From: Antedon mediterranea
Taxonomy: Eukaryota; Animalia; Echinodermata
DNA: 64,000 nt
Assembly (NCBI RefSeq): GCF_964355755.1
Contig: NC_092670.1
Coordinates: 23,608,795-23,672,794, forward strand
Reading direction: 5' to 3'
Positions within the stretch are counted from its first letter, which is position 1. Each line of letters starts with the position of its first letter. The notes beneath the pieces were generated by a model. That model ran no database searches, had not been told where the DNA came from, and saw only the letters and a list, made by a program, of their open reading frames with translations. Below, piece by piece: positions 26,101 to 38,638 of the stretch. A program made the position numbers and the translations under genes.

Positions 26101-29100
26101 TCAGTTGTGATAATTGTTCTATTTTAAGACAAATATGAGATTACACATGTTTTGCCAGAACTAACTGAAACAATACTCATTATAGGGCACTTAAAAACAT
26201 TTGATCAATTTAACGGCATCTATATTTTTAGCGAGCAGTATGGTATTAGTTATTGATAGCTGGCTTGGTAAAATCATGAACATTTTGAGACTGATAAATG
26301 TGGTTGTTTCTTGATAAATATAAAGAGATTGATTTAAACAACATGATTTAAAATGATGAATAAAAATAAACGAATCAACATTTGCATGATTTTTAATAAT
26401 TTAAGATATTATTTCATTTCATGGTTAATCAAACAATTATTAATATCGGAAATGCCACTTTAGCTTTTCGAAAAGTAAGAGTTGAGATAAGATCATTTCT
26501 TTCAACATTTCATATTAAAATAAATATGCATTGTACCATGTTTCCTAAAAAATATCTTTTATTAATTTACATAACTGGGCACAATTGACTGTGTTTCCTC
26601 AAAATGATCTGATTAATGTTTTTCATTATTTTTTTTTATTGAACCACTTTAAAAACTAAATTTGGAAAGTATAGTACCTTGTGGCGAAAGAAAGAGGGAG
26701 AGCAGACATAACATTTACATTTTTATTATTTCTTCGCACGGTTTTTTGGTACTGTATCTAAAAAATACAAGGAAATTTCTGTAATAATAGGATTACATGT
26801 TTAAATTTTGATGTTATGTTAAATAATGTCACATATGACAATGTTCCCATGATACAAGCTTCATATGTTATGTACGTGACACTGTATTATAGAACTTGTA
26901 GAATCAACTCATTTGATAATAAATATTTAACTATACTTTGTTAATGTTATCTTATACCAAATATTGAAGAATTTGCAACACTGAAGTAAAAAAGCTATGA
27001 TTACAATACTGTTACTATTGTTGGTGTACATTGTATATCGCATACATAATGAGGTCTTTATGAACTGTGTGTCTTGAAAAAGAAAAAGAACAACGCAACA
27101 TCAACATTATATAATACAAATTGGCGATCAAATAAAATAACAAATAATTGAATAATGTGTTACTAATTTTTATTATATTTATCTTTATTTCAGATATTTT
27201 TTTATTTTTTATATCTATTTATTTGGTTATTTCACTAAACAGAAGAAACCAATAATGTAGAATTGAAAACATCAAAAAACAAATTGTTGGTTCTAAACAA
27301 AAAATATTACGACTTCAAGTTAGTAACCTTGGCCTAAGAGGGGGTGGATTTGCTCTGCACTTTAGATATGTTTCTAAATAATATGTTAAAATTGGATTAA
27401 TTGAATATTTCACATATTGTACTTTATTTTAAACTTTCCATTTCGTTCACAACTGAACAAAGGAACTTAAAAAGTTTGTTGACATTTCTGTTGATCATCC
27501 GTAAAAAGATGGTTTCAATCATAAATAAAAACTTCATAAAAGAAAATGCTTATTCCATCAGCGAGTGCATTCAAGCGTGAAGTTATTTTTATATCTAACT
27601 GTATAATTATATTTGGTTATTTCACTAAACAAAAAAAAGCAAATAAATGTAGAATTCGAACATCAAAATTCAAAGCCTAATGATAAATGTATTGGTTCTA
27701 AAGAATTAAAAAAATAACGATTTCAAGTTAGTAAACTTGACCTTAGAGGGGGTGCATTTGCTCTGCATCTTAGATATGTTTCTAAATAATATGTTAAAAT
27801 TGAAATAATTAATTTAATATTTGACACACTGAACTTTATTTCAAACTTTCCAGTTAGTTCACAACTGAACAAAGGAACTTAAAAAGTTTGTTGAAATTTC
27901 TGTTGATCATCCATAAACAGACGCTTTCAATCAAAAATAAAAACTGCATAAGAAATGCTTATTGACTTTTGCAATTGCATAGAATTTCTATCAGCGAGTG
28001 CATCCAAGCATGAAGTTATCTTGCCACTTGGGCATTTCACAGAGTACATACAGTACATCAGTAGATTCCAAACAAACTTGAGAAAATAATTAAGAGTAAT
28101 TGGCCATTTGGGTTGTAGTCATACTTGGCCTTGACTAATGAGACCAGAATATTTCTTATTGAGTGTGACAGTGTCTTATGGCCTAATAAATATTCAGGTT
28201 TTAATACTAGATAGTACAATGACATAAATATTTCAATTTGTACTTTTCGTTCATCCCCCTACTTCGTTCTCATCAAACATTTTTATTGCAATATTTTCGA
28301 TTAACTCGATATTTTAATGTCTATTTGTAGACATTTGTATTTATTAGATTAGTTGATGACCGAATGCAATTTTGTTGGAATTAAGTGATGGGATTACATC
28401 ATAGCTGTCTTGGCGTAATCAGATCAGTAGAGTAGTACCCAAGTACAGTAAGATTTTGGTAGGTTCAAGGTCCCATTCTTGGCGTAAAATTAAGCATTCA
28501 GTAGTCAGACATTAATTGTGACACTGTCTATAGCATAACATTATTCAAACATAATTTGTACTTTTCAAATTAATTTCTCAGCAACATCACTTTTTATGGT
28601 AGACATTTGGTGTTCTAATTATAAAAATATAAAGGATATTCATCAGGGCCTCACCCTCTTAGATGACACTCAAGGGGCATAGGGTAGTGCTTTTGACTGC
28701 TACAATTAAATTATGATTTATTTTTTGATGTATCTATTTTTTACACTGTCAGTGTTAATATTATATGTTAGCACTTTTCCATTGCTGGATCTGCCCCTGA
28801 TTATCCCAAATATGGTTGTGATATGACAATCATCATCATGTCCATATATGGGCACATCACATTTTTTAGTCACATAAAGTTTGATAGTGTAGACAGAGCT
28901 TTATATGCTTATAAATATAGATGTATTTTTATTTGACAAGTTGGTGACACAAGGGCACAGCTAATAAAACTTAGGATGGGAAGATGTTGAAGAGTGGGTG
29001 ACAAGATTTGCATTTAAGTCTCAGTTGAATTTTAGGTTAGCCTGGAGAAATATGGTTCATGTCAGCAAGTCTCAACATTTTGGAGTGTGATCTTCCATCT

Positions 29101-32100
29101 TTCATCACCAGATTTCAATTGCTTGAGCAAAAGTGTGCCATGTGGCATAGGTGACATTCTAGATGCTAAGTTCGGCCTATACTATTAACATTACAGCAAA
29201 ATAGGTTTTGGAAAAATATAACACTTGTGTTGTCCTTCTGAAAAAAACAATTTTGTTTAAATATGCCATTTTAATGTTACATAATAGTTATCCACTTTGA
29301 CCAAAAATTGGATCAAACAAAAATTTGTTTGCATAAAAGTTTGTGAAAAAACCATTAAAAAAAATAAATAAAGCAAAAAATTGCCATTGCCAGCCAACAA
29401 TGGGTTTTGGTTGTCATTTTAAAGTAAAAACTACAAAATTACCTATTCAAAGTCTTATTTAATTAATCTTCAATTTTCATGTTTTTGGGGGACAATACAT
29501 CTTTAACAGAAAAGAAATGAAAATATTGGACAATTTTATTTTTTCATTGTCAATGGTATTTTTTTGCTTATGATTTAAAAAAAAATTGATTTTCTGTTAG
29601 ATGATTATTTCTATGGAACACTCAATTTATATTGATTTTTATCCTATACTACATTTATCTTTGCCAAATATAGAATAAATATTAGAATAGAAAAACAAAT
29701 TATTTATTTCAATCGTTTTGCTAAAGCATAAGGAAAATCTATTATTTATTTACTATTATTTTAGTGCAATTATTTTCTCCTTAGCTGTGAAATGTGACTC
29801 GATAAAATAACACAATTTTTTATTATACAATAGATTATTAACTTTGAAAATGTAATGTGTGTTTATCGAGAAGAAGACTGTTAAAAAAAAGATTTTGAAT
29901 GTTGTGAATGTTTTGTAGTGTCTCTCTTTGGTTTGATTGTTTACAGTACTTTTATTTTATGGGAGTGGGTGGGGGTAGCGGGTATTGTCTGTAGGCCTAT
30001 CGATGAGTACATATTTCAATCAACACGTCACAGGCAAATACTTATTTTCTATGTTTTACATCTGCTGATAAGTTTTCCATCAAAGATTATCCTACCATAA
30101 CATATTATAATATTCTATTCAATATTTAACTGTAAAAATGTCCTTAAAATACATTTACTTAGATTTACAAATAACCTCTAAAAATCCAAAAGTAAAAACC
30201 AAACATTTGACAATATTTATATTAATTTGCTAAAATGATAGGTGATCATTTTTCATATAAGAATCTATAGGAAAAGCATAAGTCCACTACTATATCAATA
30301 TTATGCATTTCTTTCATTTTCGATATTCTTATGATTCCACATGATTATCTCTCAAAGGGGTAAACCTAACCTTGGGAATTATCGTCATTTATCCATAATA
30401 GGGATGAATTAAAGGAAAGGAGAGTCACCCCCTCCTTCCCTCAGGCATGTCCACCTCCGTGATCTGTTTGTTTTCGTCTTTGGATTTATCCCTGTCAACA
30501 GATCACAAATAAGAAAGATACTCATGAATGAGTCCTTGACCATACAGTGAATACTAACTGCACGCATAACGCAATTAAGGTTTTTATATACTATATAACC
30601 TGTTTAATATCAAACTTTATTTTTTTCCCTCGAGGCATTTTTCTGGTTTATTCAACTGTTTATTACAAATTTTAACATTGGCTTTCTATTTACAATATGT
30701 ATTATCTCAACATGATAGGTTGTTCCATTTATGGATAAAAGAGGGTTTCCGATTTTGCGAGATTGATATCTTAAAATTCCGGATGGAAGTTTGTGCCAAC
30801 AGGTTTATCCACTCAGTCAATTTCAGAGACAGAGATAAGACCTATAAATAGATAGTTACCCCAGTAAATCATTCTCAATTTTTAAAATTCTTTAAAACAT
30901 GATAGCAATTATGTTATAGCACGTAATGTTTGGAACATACCAAATGTATAGTACAGTATGTAAATGTATTATTGTCTTAAGCTCTGTCTACTCTATCAAA
31001 CTTTATGTGACAAAAAAATGTGATGTGCCCATATATGGACATGATGATGTTATATCGCTACCATATTTGGGCACATCACACTTTTTGTTAAACTAGTTTG
31101 ATAGTGTAGACAGAGCTTTAAACGATCTCCTACTCATTTCTTTATTATCCACATGTGCATTGCAATTGTATGTAAACATCCCAATTCGAAGGATGAGACA
31201 ATGAGAGTAAAGTATCAGGCTTGCGGCCACTTATGTGTTATGGAGCTTGTTGCTGTCGCAGCCCATTGTGTAAAACAAATAAATGAAAACTGAAATGAAA
31301 TAATATGGCACTGCACAGGTAGGTGTTAAACTCATGCCTCTCACATGCAGTCCGATATGTTACCATTACCCCATGCCCTGGTTCTATCTTGGAACCATCA
31401 GAGGTATCATTTCTTATACCTTTTATTGTTGAATGTGTTCTTTTTTTTTCTGTAGTACTTTACATAATAAATATCTAGATTAACTTGACCTCTTTGCCAT
31501 GTTGTTCCACATTTAAGTGTAAATACTTGAAGGGTCTGGCGCTTAACATCAGGTGAAGACACCGGATGACAACAAGTGTCATATCTGTTAATAGACTTTA
31601 TTATTCATGATTGTCTATGCATTACAAAGATAACCAACACGCAAATCACTACTCAATACTGTGTGTTTTAGATAAAGTTGTAGCGTTTGCAAAGTGTGCA
31701 AAAGTCCTTGAGTCGTTGGGACGCTAGCGTCTTTGATATTCAAAATATAATCTGATTGGTGAAGGACTATGAAAGGATTTATTATGGCAAAGTTCGCAAA
31801 ACTTTTTTCATCCTTCGAATGAAGGGGCCTTGGATCCACCCCTCATTTAACTATCATCTTTGCATCCAACAAACCTACATTTATGTTTTGCCAAAACTAA
31901 GCATTACCTCTTTGAAGCCCCACACAAATTTTGTTGCACAATCCATGGCTTCATTTTTTTATCCACTAATGGACACGATATAGTATTAATATCCTGTGAT
32001 GAGTTATAGGTGTAAATTAGACGGTAAAAATGGTGATTATTTTTACACTTTGTTGGCTCATACAGAATGCTGTCTCCTTCACTACAATGCACTTATTTTT

Positions 32101-35100
32101 GAAGAATTAGACAAAATAATGTATTTTTAGATAAGCGTACTCTAGCCAAGACTGTACATTTTATTTAAAAAAAAACACCCCAAATTTTCTAAAAAAATTG
32201 TACTAAAAAAATTGTAAAAATGGAAAATAATTCATATTGCACAGAAGGAAAATAATTACTATTAATATAATTGCACTAATATGGTTAACCCAACATTTTT
32301 AAATTGACATTCTTGAGAAAGTTCTGACTGTCTGAAGACAGAATTTGGCAAATACTGTAGAAGACCTAAATTTTGTTGGGGCAACTTCAGATTCTTGTTT
32401 TTACTTTCAGTTAGATTATGTATTTCTAAGACAACATATGCAATTGGCACAAAGGCAATTCATAAAGTTCATATAGATAAAAAAAAAATAATAGTATTAC
32501 TATAACACTTGTTACTTTGATCATTATTTGTATACGAAATAATTGATACAGTAACCTTCTAGTGCTTATCCATTTAAAGTACTATCGCTTGTAGACAAAA
32601 GATATCACAAACAAATATAAACAACCTAGCACGCTTTGCTTGTGATGAGACGTTATCTCGTTCCCACCCTTATTCACCAGCATTGTCGTACTCGAGAGAA
32701 TATGCGGTGCCAGTTATATTTGGTGCTTGCGTGTTTTTTATCAGTTTTATATCGCCTCTATGCAAACATGATCGGTAGGTCTTGTTGAGGGTCGTATGAT
32801 TATCATCATTATCGTCCACTTCAAAACCATTGATAATGAATAGTATAACACAATAATAGAAAATTTAGCATCATGTTTATGTTTACCCAACACATGAAAA
32901 TGTTATTATGATTATATGCTTGTAAATTCTAGCCTGGAGTCCATAGACCTTAAGATAACATAATAGTTTGGTTCACAATCAAGTTTCTTGGGTGGAAGTG
33001 AAAATGTTGGGTTGGGTTGAAAAACAATAAATAAAACCATTATATCAAAGGTTTGTTGAGTTAGTGCTGTGTTAAAATAAACAATTCCCAGTGTATGACA
33101 ATATTTGTCCTGTATCTTAGTTAATTCTCTAATACAGCATCCCATGTGTATCACATGTGGTGCCTACTTATGTACATTATCATCAGTTAGGTTAAGGTTT
33201 GTTACCACATGAAACACATGAGATACAGTATGATACAGTTAATACAAATAATTGGCTGGCTTTAATGTTGGTTGGAAGATTTTGAAAGTGGGTTGTTGCC
33301 CACCTCTAATTAAACATCCATGCACCAAATCTAGTGGTCTCATTAAGGGTCGTATGATTATTTTCATTATCTTCATCCACTTCATGCTCATTGATTATAA
33401 ATAATATAACACGATAATACAAAATTAAAATTACCCATACATTGTACACGTCTTTTTTCCAATACATATTAAATTATTTTATTTTATGACTTTGGCACAT
33501 GGCCAAGGATTACCAATAGTAAATTAAGCACTGTCTTATCCCCTCACATAGGGGCTGTTTTAGAACCAGTTCACTGGAATAACACCCTACCCCTCTTGAA
33601 TGATGAACTGTGGTCTTTAAAGTGCACGCAGGCACTGTTTACATGAAGACATTCTGCCGGTCCACAGAAAGGCATTCAAAGTTGAACAACCACCCATCTT
33701 TCTATGCTTGTGTTGGGACGCTATGTGTTATCTCAATCCCACCCTTATTATTAATGTTTGGCATTGGCAAAGAGAATATAATGGTGCCTGCCAGAGGTAT
33801 TTGGTGAATATGATATATGCGTGTTCACTATCAGTGTTTCTATCTCTATTCAAACATAATCAATAAGCCTCATTGAGGTTTGTGTGATTATCGTTATCGT
33901 CCACTTGAAAACCTTTGATAATGTATAGTATAACACGATAATCACAAATTTAGGATCATGTCTGTGTTTACCTGACATAGTATTTCAAACCACAGTACAT
34001 CAATGTAAACATTGGAATTATGGTATTCTATATGAGTAACTTCCGACCTGATAGCATGGTTTGGAAGCTGTTAGGGCACAAAATGATTTATAACCATGAA
34101 TTATGGTATAATATACTATTAATAATAATATAGGATATATTGAAATGTTGTGCAGTGGCTAACAGCTATGAGCACTCACTGGCTACACCCAGGGTATTCT
34201 ATAGCAGTAACTTCCAACCTGTAATGGTCTGAAAGCTATTTGGGCACAACATTATTTATACCCATAGATTATAGTATAATATATTTACAGTATAGGATAT
34301 ATTGAAATGTGGTACAGTGGCGTAACAGCTATGAGCGCTCACTGGCTACACTCAGGGTTAGAGGCCCCAGAGAACGAGCAGTCAAATGCAACTACCCAGC
34401 GTTGGAGGGCCTTAGGAGTGCTAAACCAAGCCCCTTTGCCTTGTGCATTACACCACTGTGTGGGTGTACCTGAAACACATGTATCAGATCCCATTAGTTG
34501 GCATAGGATGTCTTTTATCCCAAACTCCAGATAATCAAGGTAACACCCCTGTGCAGTGCTTCACTAAATTTTGCTTACAATTATTATTTTCCTCTTTTTT
34601 TTTATATGATCTATGTATATTGTTTGAGTATTGATAATGTATATTTTTACATTGTGTTCTTTTTAATGTGAGCACAAAATAAACTGATTTATGATATATT
34701 TGCAAAATAGAAAGAAAGTCTCTTACCCACTAAGCATATGAACAACTGTTTTAGGAATCCTTTTTTTATAGGCATCTATTACCTTGTCAACACTTTGGCC
34801 ATTATCACCTACACTACCACTGGAGAAGGTGGTTAACAAACCTACTAAACATTACATATTTATTAATATTACAATTTTGATTGTAATTGTACCCGTTGAA
34901 ACTGGTATAAATGAAATTGGTATTAATATAGTTAATCTGAAATTCCTACTGATGTACACTACATGACAGCTATATTAAGCATCAGTGGTGTAACTCAGAA
35001 GTTTAGAGAACTTAAGTCGCCCTCCAACACTGGAGGTCTTGGGTGGTTTTAGCCTATATTTTAATGTTTGTTTTTTCTTCTGGGCCCTGCTCAGGGGCCC

Positions 35101-35332
35101 CCATAAGCTCTAGTGCTTATGGGTTTAGCCAGTGAGCACTTACAGCCACACTACTGTTAGATTTACACATTGTTAAAATGTTTTTTCTTTCTTCATGCAG
35201 CACAGTGTTGTTACTCTTGAGATTAGGTGTCTAGAGGGCTATGGAGCTCGCTGGACTGCGGATGGCACAAGCTTCAGAGGATTTTTGGAGCCACAGATGG
35301 AAGATGGTCACTCTGTAGGTTGGAAGCACTGA
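20139..35332 (+). CDS. Uncharacterised ~281-aa protein with a conserved C-terminal GARALAKHxHR..WWG..EIR..GYGARW..FRGFLEP..DGHxxGWxH domain
   Basis: Phase-consistent exons 20139-20159, 20667-20893, 21290-21355, 21798-21903, 22120-22235, 22379-22470, 22979-23064 and 35201-35332 (TGA) total 846 nt. The first junction is less certain because the 20666 acceptor has a weak pyrimidine tract. Confidence 0.85.
27218..28020. repeat. Tandem duplication of a ~390-bp unit
   Basis: tatttggttatttcactaaac...tttgctctgca...cacaactgaacaaaggaacttaaaaagtttgttga...atcagcgagtgca occurs twice, at ~27220 and ~27610. Confidence 0.85.
32680..34350. repeat. Degenerate local duplications within the large intron
   Basis: Homologous blocks at ~32680-32890 and ~33760-33975 (partial third at ~33345-33430), plus a pair at ~34022-34190 and ~34193-34350. 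Confidence 0.65.
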
Positions 35333-35656
35333 AGCGATGCATAGCAGTTTAGCGTTGTATAGAAATAATAATTAACTAAGCATGTTGGATGGTTGTAACA
35401 CACTAACTAGTTGATTGTGTTTAAAGAGATGAAATAAAATTCCCTAGGTAAAAATATTAAAATTGTGGAAGAGTGAAATTTTACTCTTCCCTGATTATAA
35501 TAAATAAAATGAATGGATAACATCTTCTAAAAGAGGACTAGATGATGGGGGTTTAAAATTGTTGCCACAGAAGAAGGATGGCTTATTTCCAAGGTGTCAT
35601 TGAATAATTGGTGCCACATAATTATATACATAAACATTTACCAGAAAACTATTATA

Positions 35657-35845
35657 CAGTAATCATGACTAGTAATCGTGATCAGTGATCGTGATCAGTG
35701 TTTGTGATCAGTGATCATGACAAGTAATCGTGATCAGTGATCTTGATCAGTATTCATTACAAGTGATTGTAATCAGTAATCATGGCTAGTAATCGTGATC
35801 GTAATCAGTAATCATAACTAGTGATCGTGATCAGTATTGTGACCA
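35657..35845. repeat. 13-bp minisatellite (agtaatcgtgatc-like)
   Basis: Tandem units are visible downstream of the uncharacterised gene's stop codon. Confidence 0.85.
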
Positions 35846-36247
35846 GTCGGAAGATGCTGTAAAAGGTGAAACTACAGAGAAGAACATACGAATGTTAGTG
35901 ATGAATGGTAACATTTGGAATTAACAACAATGTGTTGGATAACATGATTTTATATAATGCCATGAGATAATATGAATGTGAATAAAAGTGGTGTTTGTGC
36001 CACAAAGGAGAAAAAAAACTACAGAGAAGACAAAAATACACCAAGTTGTGAAGAGTTTTAAGAGATTAATGAGTCCAAAAAAGGTTTTAAAGAAATATAT
36101 TGATGAGTGATGAGATCTATTTTGATATTTGTCTGTAATTTGTGTAATAATTAAACATGTGGACGTGTACAGATATAAAATAATATTTTGTTTACAAACA
36201 CGCTGTCATTGTTTTCTTTGTCAAAATACTCTTTGTGTAAAATGAGC

Positions 36248-37052
36248 ATCACATCCGGAAATCCGAGGATCGCGTGCTTTGATAATTCTTTACCATTTAT
36301 TTAAGTCTTTTGCGATTTTATTTCTTAAATCTTTTTATATTGTTGTTTATGTTGCCAATCACGCGATGTGATTGCGTGTCTGCAAATGTGCGTGATGGAT
36401 TATTATGTTCTCGTTTAGAAATCACTCCGATATACAATGCCTTCTATTCATAAATTAAAATGACGATCTTTAATTGGTAAATCGTTACGTTTTATTGTAG
36501 CTAGCCAGCACTAGCTTAGTCGTATGTCGTTGGGTTTTAATATAATCGCAATTCGGTTTAAATCCTGTTTCTAAATGCGAATTTATTCGCGCAAATCGTA
36601 AGAGTCGGTTTATACACATGCGTATTCGTATTTTCAACTACTTTTGTGACTTAAAATAATGCGCAACGAATCAGATTTCAGGAACGTTGGATTTGGTTTC
36701 TCGCGAATATGTCTTCTCCTAGTGGAAAAAGAGGATGTAATGCCCTATAATTACGCCGAATATTTATGTTATATTAAAATCGTGATGTTAGAATATGTTC
36801 ATTCTCACCAAAGCATTGTTAAAAGTAGCTTTATTTTGTTTTCGTTATTGTAAATAGTTGTTAGCATTTAACATATAGGCCTATAATTGTTTGCAGAGAT
36901 TAGGCCTAAATGATGCTTTTATTTGAACACGCAACCAGTTGCTAACAGAGTTTTGTTGAGACCCCTATTAATCTGTGTCTTATTCAAGCATTTATTAAGT
37001 TCCAAATATATTTCATATAACATTATGCCAAAAAGTAATTCTCGGATGTGAT
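36248..37052. mobile_element. Putative non-autonomous DNA element with short TIRs
   Basis: atcacatccggaaa at ~36248 and its imperfect inverse ttctcggatgtgat at ~37039; the interior is CpG-rich. Confidence 0.4.
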
Positions 37053-37063
37053 CTCCAGATCAC

Positions 37064-38198
37064 TAGCCTGGCGTCTATACATCTACACCTGACGCAAGGC
37101 TGCAGCTGCACCGCAGTGTATAGTTATAAAAAATGGTTTCGTTTTGCATTAAAAAAAATTGAAATTTTTTTTTAATGACATTACGTTATCATTACAAACT
37201 AAATATTTTAGGTAAACAGCAACTTGAATTTGTATTGAAAATGTCAATACTTTTTTTTTATAAAGTTTTTTAACGAGGTCTACTCAATATTCAAAACGGT
37301 ATTCGTTTTACCAAGAAGAAATTAGCATCACTTCTGGGAAGGTATAGACCTACAGTATAAACGATGACACATTTTCCAAAAGAAGAAACATAGAAAAAAA
37401 AAACTTGTATGTCGCGTGCGGACAACATAAATTCATATTTAAGCTAATACTCATCAGGTATTATTTTTAATCGTCATGGGTATTTAACGGTGTGTAATTA
37501 CATTTTTTTCGTCACGGTTTGATTCGCCCTATTCTATACACGAAAGAGTGCCTAATACCGTGTTCGTACGGCGATTGAAATACACGTTTATTTGGTTTTT
37601 ACCCTTGGGGTAAAACCCATACGACGTTCGTACGAATAAACAAAGTACCGGTAAGCTGACACGAAACCAATTAAGATCAGAATTCTTAGGTCAAAAAGCG
37701 CCCTCTGTGCGTCGACCCATATCAATTGACATGGCGTGTTGACATATTCAACTGGATATTGCATGTCGTTTTGTGCGCGAATCGTTCAATTATTATTTTT
37801 CAATCGACAACCAGACCTATATATTTATAATACATCGAATACAATTTATTTTTTAACTAAATAATGATCGAAAATCCTGCTAACGTATGTTGTTTGTTGA
37901 CCACGTGTATTTATCGTGCGAGCCGAACTATTGTTGTGGAAATTCCATTTAATGTACACGCACTGTACCCCTCTTGTAAAAATCACCACGTGTATTTATC
38001 GTGCAAGCCAAACTATTGTTGTGGAAATTCCATTTATTGTACACGCACTGTACCCCTCTTGTAAATCGTGGGAGCCGAACTATTGTTGTAAAAATTCCAT
38101 TTAATGTACACGCACTGTACCCCTCTTGTAAAAATCACCACGTGTATTAATCGTGCGAGCCGAACGGTTGTTGTGGTGAAGTCACAGACACCAGGCTA
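37064..38198. mobile_element. Putative non-autonomous DNA element with internal tandem repeats
   Basis: Termini tagcctggcgtct / agacaccaggcta. Tandem ~85-bp units accacgtgtatttatcgtgcgagccgaactattgttgtggaaattcc occur at 37900-38175. The TSD is not clear. Confidence 0.5.
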
Positions 38199-38638
38199 CC
38201 ACAATACAGAACTCCCTGCCGTTACATGTACATTATAAGCCACCGATTCGCAAGTTCAGGTCACCGGAGAAAACCAACGAGTTGATTATTTACATATAAT
38301 TTTACAAAACAATAGATATACATTCGCATTAACGAAAAAGAACATTTTAAACAATAATTGCTAAACAATCAGAAAGCTTATTTGAGGTCGTGATTTGACA
38401 TGACCCCGTTAACGCTTGATTAATTATACCCCGAGGCAGTGTGTAATTGGAATGGGATTGAAATAACCAGTAAAGTTGGTGGATTTTTCGTCCAGATGGT
38501 TTTCTAAATTTTTATAGCCAGAGGCGTAAGTTAATTGCCACACGCGACCTCACAGTTGGAAGTACACGGTAGTTTCAGCCCCGTCCGAACGGGCCCTAAG
38601 GTTATTGCTCTTCAGGTCATTGAAAATGTCGTAGACCA

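Noticed and set aside
30459-30550. Hairpin gtgatctgtt...aacagatcac as a miRNA or H/ACA RNA
   Set aside because: It has only a 10-bp stem, a weak second hairpin and a single copy, which is too little support.
34727-34935. Nested minus-strand coding exons in the large intron
   Set aside because: The implied introns are only ~36-50 nt, shorter than any seen in the assembled genes, and the peptide is unrecognisable.
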